A stretch of 33,618 nucleotides of DNA, taken from a virus. Lineage: Duplodnaviria > Caudoviricetes. Positions 25,901 through 33,568 of the stretch are shown piece after piece. The stretch's first letter is position 1; each line of letters starts with the position of its first letter. The notes under the pieces are model-generated. The model made no database searches. It saw nothing but the letters and a program-made list of their open reading frames with translations, and had not been told where the DNA came from. Location: positions 1-33,618 of the IMG/VR virus record IMGVR_UViG_3300048598_000369. The stretch is one strand, 5' to 3'. Made by a program: the position numbers and the translations under genes.

Positions 25901-26170
25901 TACATCTTTGTGGGTTATATATTCATCAAGGTTAGCCTGCTGAATCAAGTCAAAGGTTTTTTGATTAGTACTTATTCCAACTAAAACACGAATCTTCTCT
26001 GTTTTCTCCAAAGAATCGCAAATAGCATAAAAACCACTACTATAAAAATAACCCACTAAACAGTCAAAATATCTAGTATGTTGTATTAATTTTGCAAAGC
26101 GATCTTGAAGACTTTGATTTTCCTGATTTGTAATAAATGTTAAATCGTCTGTCATTGAAGCGTTAGCCAA
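22970..26170 (-). CDS. PLD-family nuclease fused to an SF2 (SNF2-like) helicase; partner of the methyltransferase
   Basis: IHAKLY..GSSNFT..N.E (HKD-type), DVVGLGKT, IIDEAH, TATP, EGVNL and QRVGRVNR; 8-nt overlap with the MTase. The start may be ATG 26155. Confidence 0.92.
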   Translation of the reverse strand: MANASMTDDLTFITNQENQSLQDRFAKLIQHTRYFDCLVGYFYSSGFYAICDSLEKTEKIRVLVGISTNQKTFDLIQQANLDEYITHKDVTENFCTNVIGEMDGSKDSIEVEKGVQKFISWIKSRKMEIRAYPEQNIHAKLYIMTFNDDAIDKGRIITGSSNFTISGLKENIEFNVELKDRSDYEYALKKFNELWDNSVDVSQKYVDTIKRKTWLNDEISPYELYLKFLYEYLKEKINIDKTELFKTYYPDNFMDLQYQEDAVKDAKIKLDEYGGVFISDVVGLGKTYITAMLAQQLDGGTLVIAPPFLISKENPGSWRNIFFEFGVRQAEFESIGMLDKIVERGTEKFKNVIIDEAHRFRTESTQMYEKLFEICRGKRVILVTATPLNNTPMDILSQIKLFQSAHKSTLPNPKVRDLERYFKKLQNRLKNLDRQKDKEEYLKIVKENAEEIRNNVLRHLMVRRTRNSIITYYGLDLKKQGLRFPEIANPEPVIYQFTDKTDKIFNKTLELIIKEFKYSRYMPLLYLKKGVTQPEELSQINMGKFMKILLLKRLESSFYAFSQSVDRFLYSYRRFIEEYSKGRVFVSKKHINKIFELIDDDDEESVKQLVENEQAFQYKSDEFIPKFIKDLKNDYLLLNKIKKMWDEVKDDPKLNVFLEQLSKEKVLNDSKLLIFTESKETANYLMDKLGKKYGKSVMVFSSDSTELDRQIVIENYDATYNKHKQKDDVRILISTDILSEGVNLHRSNVVINYDIPWNPVRMMQRVGRVNRVSKNSPFDMIYTYNFFPAGPINEEISLKEAAEAKIQAFIEMLGNDARLLTDEEIKSHDLFVRLSSKITITGEDKEDDSELKYLTFLRQIRDTDPNLFEKIKRLPRKARAAKAREVKTRSLLTFFRKGKLRKVFLTDGSEVQELDLEKAAQILDTPLAIQSETIPPDYYSLLEVNKREFDDVFTVEDDQPKLTGGRSQESKLFKIIKAVINSKEFIDDDEEYLQKVLNLVRDGAIAKATIKRVVEEVEKETTALKILAKIKSQIPSSLFQVNSFTSGADISGPKEVILSEYLINNG

Positions 26171-26250
26171 CTATGAGATAAGACCATATGTCAAGGGTTA
26201 GTTCATAAGATTTGTGGTTTTTCACTATCAATAACCTTGTTTAAAGCAGC

Positions 26251-26436
26251 TTAACCTTTAGTCATTTTTGGAATAGAAAAACTCAGTTTTCCACTTCTAT
26301 AATAGAGCATTGTATTTTTGCTACAATTAACGCACTTAAAGGATTTAACATGAAAAGTGTTTCCATGATAATCCCATTCCTTGGTTGGTTCCATTGGTAA
26401 TTCTGAATGGCATCGGGGGCATTTCAATGTATTCAC
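26251..26436 (-). CDS. Small zinc-ribbon protein
   Basis: CPRC ... CVNC in 61 aa. Confidence 0.7.
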   Translation of the reverse strand: MNTLKCPRCHSELPMEPTKEWDYHGNTFHVKSFKCVNCSKNTMLYYRSGKLSFSIPKMTKG

Positions 26437-26569
26437 TATATTTTTTTATGGAAAGGTGTTCCTAATAAGCGTTAGTAACATAGGCAACAAACGGCTAAAA
26501 TATAGAGTTCAAGATTTATGTGCAGTCCACAAATTATTAAAGTAAGTAAACAGTGACAAAGTCGTTATA

Positions 26570-26686
26570 GTGGCCTCCATTGTTGTTGTTTTAACTGTTC
26601 CGTTTGACTTTGTCAAAGAAGCGCTTATAGTAACGGTGCTGATTAACTTTTTAGCAGCCGCTTTATATTTTAAATTCGCTGGGTGA
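26570..26686 (+). CDS. Possible two-helix hydrophobic microprotein (about 38 aa)
   Basis: VASIVVVLTVPFDFVKEALIVTVLINFLAAALYFKFAG; the frame is open from 26546 and the start is uncertain. Confidence 0.3.
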   Translation: MASIVVVLTVPFDFVKEALIVTVLINFLAAALYFKFAG

Positions 26687-26794
26687 CGTTTCTTTTTGAG
26701 GGTTTTGTGCCTTTACAAACAAGTCCTCGATAACGTCGTTGAAGATTTGAGCTTTGCCCACCTTAGCCATCCGTTCGCCATGTTACAGCTTAAA

Positions 26795-27070
26795 TTACCA
26801 TTCTTTTTTTGAAATCCTCTCGTCACGAAAAATCGCCCAAATATAATCAGATCCTTTTACAAGTTTCGAGATAACGCTTTGACTTTTAATTGGGACATAC
26901 TCATAGGCTTTGGCAAAATCCGCTTTCAAAATTTTAATTTTAGTTCCAATTGGAAACAAATCGGTGCCACTTATTTCATAGGTGAAAGGTAAATTAGTGA
27001 TTGTTTTGAATTCCTCGTTTTCACATGCTACTATTCTTTTCCAAATTTCTGCAAACGAAGGCTTTAGCAT
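26795..27070 (-). CDS. Hypothetical protein, 91 aa
   Basis: AGGTGA RBS before the ATG; globular-looking sequence (W.RI..F.T..FTY..GSDYIWAI..D.RI). Confidence 0.75.
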   Translation of the reverse strand: MLKPSFAEIWKRIVACENEEFKTITNLPFTYEISGTDLFPIGTKIKILKADFAKAYEYVPIKSQSVISKLVKGSDYIWAIFRDERISKKEW

Positions 27071-27246
27071 ACTCTCACCTGATTATTTGCACCCGATTCT
27101 AATCACGTAGGTTTATCCCTTCGCTGTTCTCCTAATTAAAGCTAAAGTATTTGGAAAAGGCTGCATTCGTTGGGTTTCTTACAATTCTAATCCAGTAAAT
27201 CTTGGCGCTCTTTTTGTCAAGTTTTCAGGCCTTCTTTCTCACACTT

Positions 27247-28671
27247 CTAAACAACATGCGAGAAAGCAATATTTTCAATTATTTGCAGATGCTTGCAAGA
27301 TTGGTGAAAAGTGTAAGCTGGACAAGAACATCTTTTTCCTATAGAATCGACTTCATAAAATTTGCCTGGTTGAGTGAAGCTCTCGACTTCATATAGACCT
27401 GCTACGGTGTCGCTAATTTTTATTGTGGGGGCGAAAATGGGTTTGCCAGCTAAGTAGTGATCAACTAAGTGCCATTCCTTTTTATCATCTCGACAGTAGA
27501 GTTCCACTTCAGGAACCCATGCTTGGGTTTTAAGAGAGTTTAGTTTTAGGGGGATGCTTCTTACATCTTCCCCGTTCAAGCGTATCGTAAAGGAACGTAA
27601 TATCGTATGGCTTTGGGCATCCCGCAACTCCAGTCGGACTGGGGTAGGCTTGGGAAAACAATAGTTTACATCAACTGAAAGGGCAAACTCGCCATTTGGC
27701 AACATTACATCTGGGAACTCAACGTTATCAAGCTTCAAAAAAGGTGCCCTATGCTCAGGCAACTTGACTATGAAACTTTGAGTATAACTGTCAATAACCG
27801 ATTTATCTAACTCACGAAACTGCTTTAATATCCCCAGGTTCAGATCAATCAATGTTTTGCCATCTGTGAAGGATAGCGACCGGTGAGTTCTGCTAACAAC
27901 TTGTTTTTTTGCCAAATCAGAAATAATTCGCGACAAAGCGGTTTTTGAAAAGTTTAGTCCACTCTTTTCTAAAGCGTTACCCAACATTCGGTAAGTCAAT
28001 TGCTTCAACTTTTTTCTATTATCAAATAATCTATCCAAGGCTGTTGCAATCACAATTAAACCGCCTGTAGCTTTGAATTTACTATCGCTGATTATCTTAT
28101 CAAAGACTATGTTTGCAACCAAATGTGTGACCTGTGTTAAGTGTTTGCAGTGTGCGCCTCGAACGGTGTGGTGAGGGCATGAACAGTAATCATCAAATGG
28201 CCGCACTTCATAGAACTCCTCGCCTGGACAAGTAAGGCTTTCCAGTTTCCATGAAGCGTTCCCTAAATATTCTATTCGAGGTTTGTACACCCATTTGCCC
28301 GTATCTTGCTTAATGTAATGAATACCGCACTCGCACGCAAATTCATCGCTTTCAGAGGAAGGCAAAACCTCATTATTGCAACTCGGGCAAGATAACCTAT
28401 CTCCAAAACCAAAATTTGAGACTATTAATTCAAAAGGCGGGCAACCACGAAAATAACCGTCACACGTCCTTAAATCTCCAAGCTCAACAGCCGCTTTAAG
28501 GTATTCTGTAAGAGTTTGAGAGTTTTGCCCAGTTATTTCGCGTATCTTATTTTTGCTGAGGAAAACGGTTCTTTTATCAATTTTCTCCAAATCTCGAAGA
28601 AAATGTCTATACGATTCTATGTAAATACCGTGTTTTTCTAATATTGCCTTTCTAGTTATCGATTGCTTCAT
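27247..28671 (-). CDS. Multidomain protein with two SWIM zinc fingers, a zinc ribbon, putative winged-helix regions and an Ig-like domain
   Basis: CSCPHHTVRGAHCKH and CSCPAYTFHQSCKH (CxC-xn-CxH); CPSC..CECG; HTH-like LTYRMLG..SKTALSRIISDLAKKQVV. Confidence 0.8.
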   Translation of the reverse strand: MKQSITRKAILEKHGIYIESYRHFLRDLEKIDKRTVFLSKNKIREITGQNSQTLTEYLKAAVELGDLRTCDGYFRGCPPFELIVSNFGFGDRLSCPSCNNEVLPSSESDEFACECGIHYIKQDTGKWVYKPRIEYLGNASWKLESLTCPGEEFYEVRPFDDYCSCPHHTVRGAHCKHLTQVTHLVANIVFDKIISDSKFKATGGLIVIATALDRLFDNRKKLKQLTYRMLGNALEKSGLNFSKTALSRIISDLAKKQVVSRTHRSLSFTDGKTLIDLNLGILKQFRELDKSVIDSYTQSFIVKLPEHRAPFLKLDNVEFPDVMLPNGEFALSVDVNYCFPKPTPVRLELRDAQSHTILRSFTIRLNGEDVRSIPLKLNSLKTQAWVPEVELYCRDDKKEWHLVDHYLAGKPIFAPTIKISDTVAGLYEVESFTQPGKFYEVDSIGKRCSCPAYTFHQSCKHLQIIENIAFSHVV

Positions 28672-28700
28672 TTCTCTAAATTTACAAAGTGTTACGCCCC

Positions 28701-28746
28701 TTTATAAACTCTTTATATATGATTTTAACCTGCAAAGCAAATTTGC
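28701..28746. promoter_or_regulatory. Divergent promoter region with two TATA boxes and a palindromic operator candidate
   Basis: TTTATAAA 28701-08, TTTATATA 28712-19 and GCAAATTTGC 28737-46, between the SWIM gene and the RHH gene. Confidence 0.6.
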
Positions 28747-28777
28747 CACAAATCCCATGTCTACAATGTGAATTCCC

Positions 28778-28987
28778 ATGAAAAAAGAAAAATGGGTTGT
28801 CTTTAGAGAGGAAACAAAACTCGTCAGCCTCATAGACGGCATAGCAGAAAGAAGAGGCATCGATAGAAGCGATTTCATACGCGAAGCCGTGCGAAAACAA
28901 CTAACTGAATTAGGCGTTTTCCCAGAACCAGTAAACACTGCTATAGAAAGCAGCGACCGAGGAATAAACTATGGACAAGCAAGTTGA
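28778..28987 (+). CDS. Ribbon-helix-helix (CopG-like) DNA-binding protein
   Basis: VVFR..KLVSLIDGIAERRGIDRSDFIREAVRKQL. Confidence 0.88.
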   Translation: MKKEKWVVFREETKLVSLIDGIAERRGIDRSDFIREAVRKQLTELGVFPEPVNTAIESSDRGINYGQAS

Positions 28988-29339
28988 ATTTTTGGTCAAA
29001 CTAAGGGATTCCTGCCTAATGCTTGCCGACGCTACCAACGAATACATAGACTCACTCGCTCCATCCGAAGTTAAAGCGGAGAAAAAACAGGCAGCTGCAG
29101 TCTTGGAGTTGAACTTTACTTTTCTAAAGTTTGACGCTCAACAGGGCGCTAAACTTGGCGAATACGAAATTGCCCACAAGCAAAATAATCTGCCGGATAA
29201 GTGGCAAAGCGCCTACAACATCCTAAGAAACAGCAACGCAACCATCAAAGACCGCTACTACGGCGAAGACTACCAATACAGCTACTGGCTCTACGGAGAA
29301 GACAAAATCTACCGCCAAAAACTCAAACCCAAAACCTAA
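28971..29339 (+). CDS. Hypothetical protein, 122 aa
   Basis: GAGGA RBS; overlaps the RHH gene within the early operon. Confidence 0.8.
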   Translation: MDKQVEFLVKLRDSCLMLADATNEYIDSLAPSEVKAEKKQAAAVLELNFTFLKFDAQQGAKLGEYEIAHKQNNLPDKWQSAYNILRNSNATIKDRYYGEDYQYSYWLYGEDKIYRQKLKPKT

Positions 29340-29355
29340 GGAGAACAAAGCTAAC

Positions 29356-29493
29356 ATGGTTGATTTTGACGAAATCGAAGAGTGCCCTGAAGGTTACAAT
29401 GAAGTTTTAGCCCAATGCACAGTTCTTGCTGCCAATCTGCTAAAAATGCTAATCGACAATTCCGCTACCAATCGAACAGAAACTTGCCGTTAA
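29356..29493 (+). CDS. Small hypothetical protein (45 aa), not in ORF track
   Basis: MVDFDEIEECPEGYNEVLAQCTVLAANLLKMLIDNSATNRTETCR; AAGGAG upstream; fills the operon gap. Confidence 0.55.
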   Translation: MVDFDEIEECPEGYNEVLAQCTVLAANLLKMLIDNSATNRTETCR

Positions 29494-29506
29494 GGAGCCA
29501 AAGCCG

Positions 29507-31294
29507 ATGGTTCAGAGGGGAAAGGGCAAGAAATGTGGGGATTGTGCTAACTGGAAAGTAAAAGGTAGCCCATGCACCTATTACGACGACATACTCACGG
29601 GTATGGTAAAAAAGACTGATCCTGCATGCGAAGACTTCTACCCTAAGGGAAAAGAAAAACCTAAAATTCATAAAACAAGCGGTTACGCAGAGCAAGGATT
29701 CTACGAAGCAATCTACGCAAACGGAAAACCAGCCTTCCTCACCATAAAAAATGGCACATTCGTGGTGTACAAAGAAGTTACCGTTGAAGATGAAATCTTT
29801 TTACCTAAAGAATACCCAGACGAGTTCCCCTATGAACCCTACAGTTACTATGAAGGCAACCTCCCCACCCATGAGGAGTTATACTGGAAAATTAGAGAAG
29901 AATTCGCCCTCTTCCTTGATTTAGAACCCACATGGAAAGATTACCTCGCCGCCTGTGTCCTATTAAGCTATCAACAGGAAAAAATGCGAACAGTCCCCTA
30001 CATCTACTTTGTCGGGGATAATGAGAGCGGCAAAACCGTCGCGTTAAACCTGCTCAACTGGCTAAGCTACCGCCCAATGCTAGGCGTCACCATCCCCTCA
30101 GCCGACGTCTACGGCTACCTAGACGATTCAGACACACCCGGAACCATCCTCGAAGACGAAGCACAAGGACTCTACAAGGACCTCGATAAAGCCAAAATCT
30201 ACAAGGCAGGCTACAAAAAAGGCGCCGTAGTGCCCCGAACAATGCTCACACAAAACAAGCGCTTCATCAAATACTTCCGAGTTTTCTGCTTCAAAGCCTG
30301 CGCTGCCGAGGAAATGCCCCACGTCAAAGGCCTACTGGAACGCTTCATATTCATCCCCATGACCGAAGGCTACCCAACAAAAGACTGGGCAGACCTAAAC
30401 AAAGACGACGAGCAGCGACTCAGAGAACTAAGAAATATTCTGCTAAAATGGCGCCTATCAACCATAGAAACAGAACTTCCAGAAATCGAACTACCAGTAA
30501 AAGGACGCCTCAAAGAACTATGGAAACCAGTCATCCAAGTTACATCCGGCTTAACCATCGAAAAAAACCTCAGAACACAACTTGAGCAACTGCAAAAAGA
30601 CCGACTCAGCGAAAAAACCAACACCCTAGAAGGCCACCTCGTTAAGGTAGTTTGCGAACTATACAACCCAGAAACCCCACTTGCCGCCTCAGACATTTGG
30701 GATGGACTGGTTAAAGATTTAGAAGGCAAAATAGACGACAAGAAACCAAACAAGATGGATACCCCCGAGTTTGGAGAAGTAACCAAGCAAAAAATCGGCT
30801 ACAGGCTCCGAGAAGTGCTAAACGGCAAAAAAACCAAAGCACGACTGCAGGATGGTCCAGCATGGGTTTACAGTTTTGATAAAGAAAAACTCAAGCGCAT
30901 CGCCAAGAAATACGGCTGCCAACTTGTTCCAAAGTTCCAAACGTTCCAAACCCCCACCACAACCACCAGTCTAAAACCCGAAAACAAAGGCGAAGAAAAA
31001 AGCGTGAATGAGCAAAACAAGCCCGTTTCAGAGCCACAAAAAACCATACAAACAGTGGAGGTTCCTTCTAAGGTTGTGCAACTTGGGAACACTGGAACAT
31101 GCACCTTAGACGAGTTGGCTTTGAAAACTAAGAGTGTATGCCGCTTAACAATGGATTTTGGGATAGAAACATGCGTATGCTGCGGTGTCAAAGGGCGGCC
31201 TGACTGGCAAGTCAACGAATTTGACGATTCATGGGGCTTCCTATGCGGTCCCTGTGGAGTCAAACTTTCAGAGAGGTTAAGCAACAATGAGTAA
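29507..31294 (+). CDS. Putative replication ATPase/helicase (SF3- or DUF3631-like) with N- and C-terminal Cys4 zinc modules
   Basis: Walker A FVGDNESGKT, Walker B TILEDE, LERFIFIPM (Arg-finger-like), GRLKELWKP; CGDC..C..C and CVCC..CGPC. Confidence 0.7.
   Translation: MVQRGKGKKCGDCANWKVKGSPCTYYDDILTGMVKKTDPACEDFYPKGKEKPKIHKTSGYAEQGFYEAIYANGKPAFLTIKNGTFVVYKEVTVEDEIFLPKEYPDEFPYEPYSYYEGNLPTHEELYWKIREEFALFLDLEPTWKDYLAACVLLSYQQEKMRTVPYIYFVGDNESGKTVALNLLNWLSYRPMLGVTIPSADVYGYLDDSDTPGTILEDEAQGLYKDLDKAKIYKAGYKKGAVVPRTMLTQNKRFIKYFRVFCFKACAAEEMPHVKGLLERFIFIPMTEGYPTKDWADLNKDDEQRLRELRNILLKWRLSTIETELPEIELPVKGRLKELWKPVIQVTSGLTIEKNLRTQLEQLQKDRLSEKTNTLEGHLVKVVCELYNPETPLAASDIWDGLVKDLEGKIDDKKPNKMDTPEFGEVTKQKIGYRLREVLNGKKTKARLQDGPAWVYSFDKEKLKRIAKKYGCQLVPKFQTFQTPTTTTSLKPENKGEEKSVNEQNKPVSEPQKTIQTVEVPSKVVQLGNTGTCTLDELALKTKSVCRLTMDFGIETCVCCGVKGRPDWQVNEFDDSWGFLCGPCGVKLSERLSNNE
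30926..31098. repeat. Iteron-like repeats (candidate replication origin) inside the replication gene
   Basis: GTTCCAAA x3 (30926-33, 30934-41, 30943-50), an A-rich spacer, then inverted variants TTGGGAAC (31083-90) and CTGGAAC (31092-98). Confidence 0.6.
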
Positions 31295-31691
31295 AAACGC
31301 CGTCTCGCGAGGGCTGATATTTGTTCGGTATGTTGACCATGTTCTCTACAACCGAGCTTCAGCTCTGGCTATGCAGCCGCAGGTTCGAGAGGCAATCGGA
31401 TGGCTCATCTACGAATGCGACAGTTACATCACACTTTGCTGGGACAGAGACGCTGGACCGCATACCCTTCACGGTGGCGACCCGAAAGCCTCTGGTTTGG
31501 TCTTGTTAAAATCAGACATAACAGCGCTGGAAAGACTAAACGTAACAGCAAAGATTTCATATGGAACCGTTGAAAGGGTCTTAAATTCTCAACAGCCCAT
31601 AGTTAAGGATGAGTATGCGTTCCGACCAGCGGAGCGAAAAACTCACGGAGCAAATACTCCGAAAAGAAATACTGGAGACAATACAGCATGA
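31287..31691 (+). CDS. Hypothetical protein, 134 aa (small beta-barrel-like N-terminal domain)
   Basis: Overlaps both neighbours; GAGG RBS; IFVRYVDH..EAIGWLI..YITL..GLVLLKSDI. Confidence 0.75.
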   Translation: MSKNAVSRGLIFVRYVDHVLYNRASALAMQPQVREAIGWLIYECDSYITLCWDRDAGPHTLHGGDPKASGLVLLKSDITALERLNVTAKISYGTVERVLNSQQPIVKDEYAFRPAERKTHGANTPKRNTGDNTA

Positions 31692-33118
31692 CTATAGCGA
31701 AAGCCAGCTTAGCCTCCCCTATTATCAAAAAACGCCAACTCTCCATCGAAGACCTACAAAGCCTAAATCTGCCATTAACAATCAAAGACAACACAGTAAC
31801 AATAGAAAAAAGCCTAATCGGCTACCGACTCAAACAACCCGTAATTATAGAGCTAAACAAAATCTTAGACGCCAAAGAAAAAGGCATCGTCAACTATGTA
31901 ATCAGCTCACTCATAAACGAACGCTCACAACTAATACCATACGTCTTTAACAACGAAAGCCTGCTCAAAATGGCGCGACATTTCCTTCGCCACTATTCAG
32001 GCTCACTAAAAAGCTGCTTAACCTACACTGCAAACATGCACAAATACGCAACATGGCTCGGCTACAGCCCAGACCTCATAATACAAGACATCAAACCAGT
32101 CGGCGCAATACCTGACCCAGAAAGAGTCCAAAACCACTGCGGATACCTAAACGATTACTTAGCCGAACTCCAAGACGACGGATTAAAACCCGGCGCAGTC
32201 AACAACTGCATAAAAGCCGTCAAAACCTTCTACCGCGTAAACGGCGCAAAAGTCGAACTCTCAGAACCCTTAAGCCGAAGAGTAACCTACAAAGACCGAG
32301 CACCAAAACCCGAAGAACTAAACGCAGTCTTAGAACTAGCCGATGTACGCGAAAAATTCATTGTATCAGCATTTGCATTAGGCGGCTTTAGAGAAGAATG
32401 CTTCTCAAAACTACAATATCGCCACGTCAAAGACGACTTAGAAAACAATCAAGTACCAATACATGTGCACATAGAAGCGGAAATCACTAAAGGAAAATAC
32501 CACGACTACGACACCTTCTTAGGAGCAGAAGCAGCACAATACCTAAAATTATACATTGAACAACGCAAAAAAGGACACGGCAGCATCCCACCTGAAACCA
32601 TAACAGACAATTCACCACTAATACGAGACAGCAAAAGAGCAGAAACCCCAAAAGGCGTTAGACCAAAAACCCTGCGAAAACTCGTCCATGAACTATACAA
32701 ACAAGCAGGCCTACTACGAAAACAAAACGGGCGAATGTATGACCTACGAGTCCACAGCCTAAGAAAATACTTCAAAACACAACTAACAGCCTTAGGCGTC
32801 CAGCAAGACTACGTCGAATACATGATGGGACACACAATCGGCACCTATGACGACGTACAAAGCTTAGGAATCGACACGCTACGCAATATTTACAGTTCAG
32901 CAGGACTAGCAATTAAACCAAAAACAAGAATAACAAAAGTTGATACACTAAAAGAAATAATACGAGCATTTGGCATGAACCCAGAACAACTACTCGCTAA
33001 AGAAGCACTAACACAAGGAGCTATAACCTACAAAAACCCGGCAGAACAAGAAAACCAGCAGCTAAACGTACTCGTAAATCAGCTTAAAGTGTTGATAAAA
33101 CAGGAGGCTACAAATTGA
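31688..33118 (+). CDS. int: Tyrosine recombinase/integrase (intact)
   Basis: GGFREE (R), ITKGK (K), VHSLRKYF (HxxR), YMMGH (H) and TYDD (Y). Confidence 0.95.
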   Translation: MTIAKASLASPIIKKRQLSIEDLQSLNLPLTIKDNTVTIEKSLIGYRLKQPVIIELNKILDAKEKGIVNYVISSLINERSQLIPYVFNNESLLKMARHFLRHYSGSLKSCLTYTANMHKYATWLGYSPDLIIQDIKPVGAIPDPERVQNHCGYLNDYLAELQDDGLKPGAVNNCIKAVKTFYRVNGAKVELSEPLSRRVTYKDRAPKPEELNAVLELADVREKFIVSAFALGGFREECFSKLQYRHVKDDLENNQVPIHVHIEAEITKGKYHDYDTFLGAEAAQYLKLYIEQRKKGHGSIPPETITDNSPLIRDSKRAETPKGVRPKTLRKLVHELYKQAGLLRKQNGRMYDLRVHSLRKYFKTQLTALGVQQDYVEYMMGHTIGTYDDVQSLGIDTLRNIYSSAGLAIKPKTRITKVDTLKEIIRAFGMNPEQLLAKEALTQGAITYKNPAEQENQQLNVLVNQLKVLIKQEATN

Positions 33119-33160
33119 ATAAAATAAATCTCCAGTATAGGTTCGTTAATATCGCGTCAC

Positions 33161-33178
33161 GTCCTTTCAGCGGCGCCA
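33161..33178 (+). repeat. att-like site: duplicated 3' end of a tRNA (tRNA-Asn-type)
   Basis: GTCCTTTCAGCGGCGCCA parses as T-loop end GT, T-stem CCTTT, acceptor strand CAGCGGC, discriminator G and CCA. It starts 43 nt after the integrase stop. Confidence 0.7.
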
Positions 33179-33394
33179 TCCCAGTTACCCATTTAAAAAT
33201 AATTAAACAATTTTTCAACATGCTTTTGGTTTAAAAAAGCGCCAAACTGACCTACCCCTCTTAGGTTTCAGCATACAACCTCTAATAGGATCCAAATAGG
33301 CTGGCTCTGACAAAAACTAAATCGGAGAAGTGGGTTGTTATGCAGATAGTAAAAATTGTGCTGTCAATGTAGCATTTATAAAAAGTTTGAATTG

Positions 33395-33568
33395 TTAGGG
33401 GATTTCTGTTTTGTTATCCCGCAAAGCGAGCCAACGTTTAAACTCAAGCCCGGTACACTTGCCTTTTCCCAGCCAGTTGTCACCGTACTTCTGCTTCAGC
33501 TTATCACTGTAAGATGCAAAAGTTTCTGCTTCAGTAACTTCAACGCTGTCTCTTTTCTTTTTAACCAC
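33395..33568 (-). CDS. Small hypothetical protein (57 aa), probably host flank
   Basis: GTG-started MVKKKRDSVEVTEAETFASYSDKLKQKYGDNWLGKGKCTGLEFKRWLALRDNKTEIP. Confidence 0.45.
   Translation of the reverse strand: MVKKKRDSVEVTEAETFASYSDKLKQKYGDNWLGKGKCTGLEFKRWLALRDNKTEIP

Larger units (their letters stand above)
1..33178. mobile_element. Integrated archaeal tailed-virus (provirus) element; right end at a tRNA 3'-end duplicate, left end not in window
   Basis: Contiguous head-neck-tail genes (3102-17591), a replication module and a tyrosine integrase, followed about 40 bp later by a tRNA 3'-end sequence. No matching intact tRNA is in the window. Inclusion of 1-2900 is an inference. Confidence 0.8.

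Noticed and set aside
19522-26170. DISARM or BREX call
   Set aside because: No DrmA/DrmB (DUF1998), PglZ or BrxC genes are present.
30926-30950. CRISPR mini-array (GTTCCAA resembles some repeat starts)
   Set aside because: The units are 8 nt with no spacers; no array or cas gene was seen in the window.
31609-31950. 113-aa Arg/Gln/Asn-rich alternative-frame ORF (also 29201-29410)
   Set aside because: By-product of the A/C skew, which depletes stop codons; it overlaps real genes.
33119-33178. Complete tRNA gene
   Set aside because: There is no 5' acceptor strand, D-arm or anticodon arm upstream, only the 3' fragment.
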